DNA of 63,880 nucleotides, counting the filler, from Octopus bimaculoides (Eukaryota), in the NCBI RefSeq assembly GCF_001194135.2. It is 7 parts of 7 records of this genome, joined end to end, with 100 filler letters (N's around TTAATTAATTAA, not from the genome) between each part and the next. Parts side by side here need not be neighbours in the genome. Positions count along the whole stretch, not along the records: positions 56,699 to 63,880 come from NC_068988.1; 6 more parts are not named here. One strand, written 5' to 3'. Both the position numbers and the translations under genes were made by a program. Positions 63,371-63,880 of this stretch are shown here, in pieces. The notes beneath the pieces are model-generated. The model searched no databases. It saw only the letters and a program-made list of their open reading frames with translations, and was not told where the DNA came from. Every line of letters starts with the position of its first letter. The first letter of the stretch is position 1.

Positions 63371-63505
63371 AGTTTCTTACAGCTGTTTCAGCCAAGAGGT
63401 CATAGTACCCCACTTTACTTCCATCCCTTCAGTGAACTGAAGTATTTGGTAGATAAGATCGAGGTAATTTGGTGTGCCTCTGGGCTTCGTCAGAGTTTAG
63501 AAAGT
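63371..63505 (-). ncRNA. Hammerhead-ribozyme-like motif with long loop II, probably a Penelope-like terminal remnant
   Basis: Minus strand: CTGACGA-AGCCCAGAGG-[77 nt]-CCTCTTGGCT-GAAAC-AGCT-GTA-AGAAACT; core intact, palindromic AGCT loop III. Confidence 0.6.
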
Positions 63506-63618
63506 TCATACGGTTAAGTTATAAATAGCAATACATACATATATACACACTTTTACATATACATACATATGCATAAATATACATAAATACATATCTATAC
63601 ATTTATATATATATATAT

Positions 63619-63880
63619 GTTAAATCTCTGAACGAGGTATTAACAGTAACTGCACGATAAAGTGAAGTATATTTGCCACTTAAATGTGGCTGACCCCTAA
63701 GGGTGGATGTTACTGTTGCTTTTAGCCCCAGGAGAACATCTCCTCCAGCTGGCTATCGACACACATCTGTGTCCTGTCTATATTTGCCAAGGGAAGTTAT
63801 CTTTCCCATCTTGATCTGCGATATCAAGATGGGAAAGATAACTTCCCTTGGCAAATATAGACAGGACACAGATGTGTGTC
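63619..63880. mobile_element. Second copy of the foldback element, with perfect central palindrome; runs off the window
   Basis: Left arm homologous to 54251-54440; 63758-63815 and 63823-63880 are exact reverse complements. Confidence 0.8.

Overview
AT-rich, microsatellite-saturated animal DNA from a gappy draft assembly. The SINE/LINE content points to an octopus (inference). Six identical 100-bp spacers (44 N + TTAATTAATTAA + 44 N) split the window into seven separately assembled pieces. Host coding sequence found: (1) three phase-compatible minus-strand exons of a SERINC-family membrane protein gene (62190-62095, 60074-59897, 57223-57172) in a CpG-poor block; (2) one orphan plus-strand exon (32833-33011) of an unnamed, probably secreted domain. 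The rest is mostly transposon debris: about five tRNA-derived SINE families, R4/Dong-type LINE fragments stacked in (TAA)n/(CAT)n repeats, RTE, CR1/L2 and L1/Tx1 remnants, Penelope-like elements, mariner/Tc1/hAT/Helitron-like pieces and a palindromic foldback element. Best leads: a hammerhead-ribozyme-like motif with an intact core and a 77-nt loop II, sense to the SERINC transcript, next to a perfect 58-bp-stem hairpin in the same presumed intron; a second variant hammerhead; and the orphan exon. No rRNA, intact tRNA or CRISPR array is supported. All calls are by eye with no database searches.
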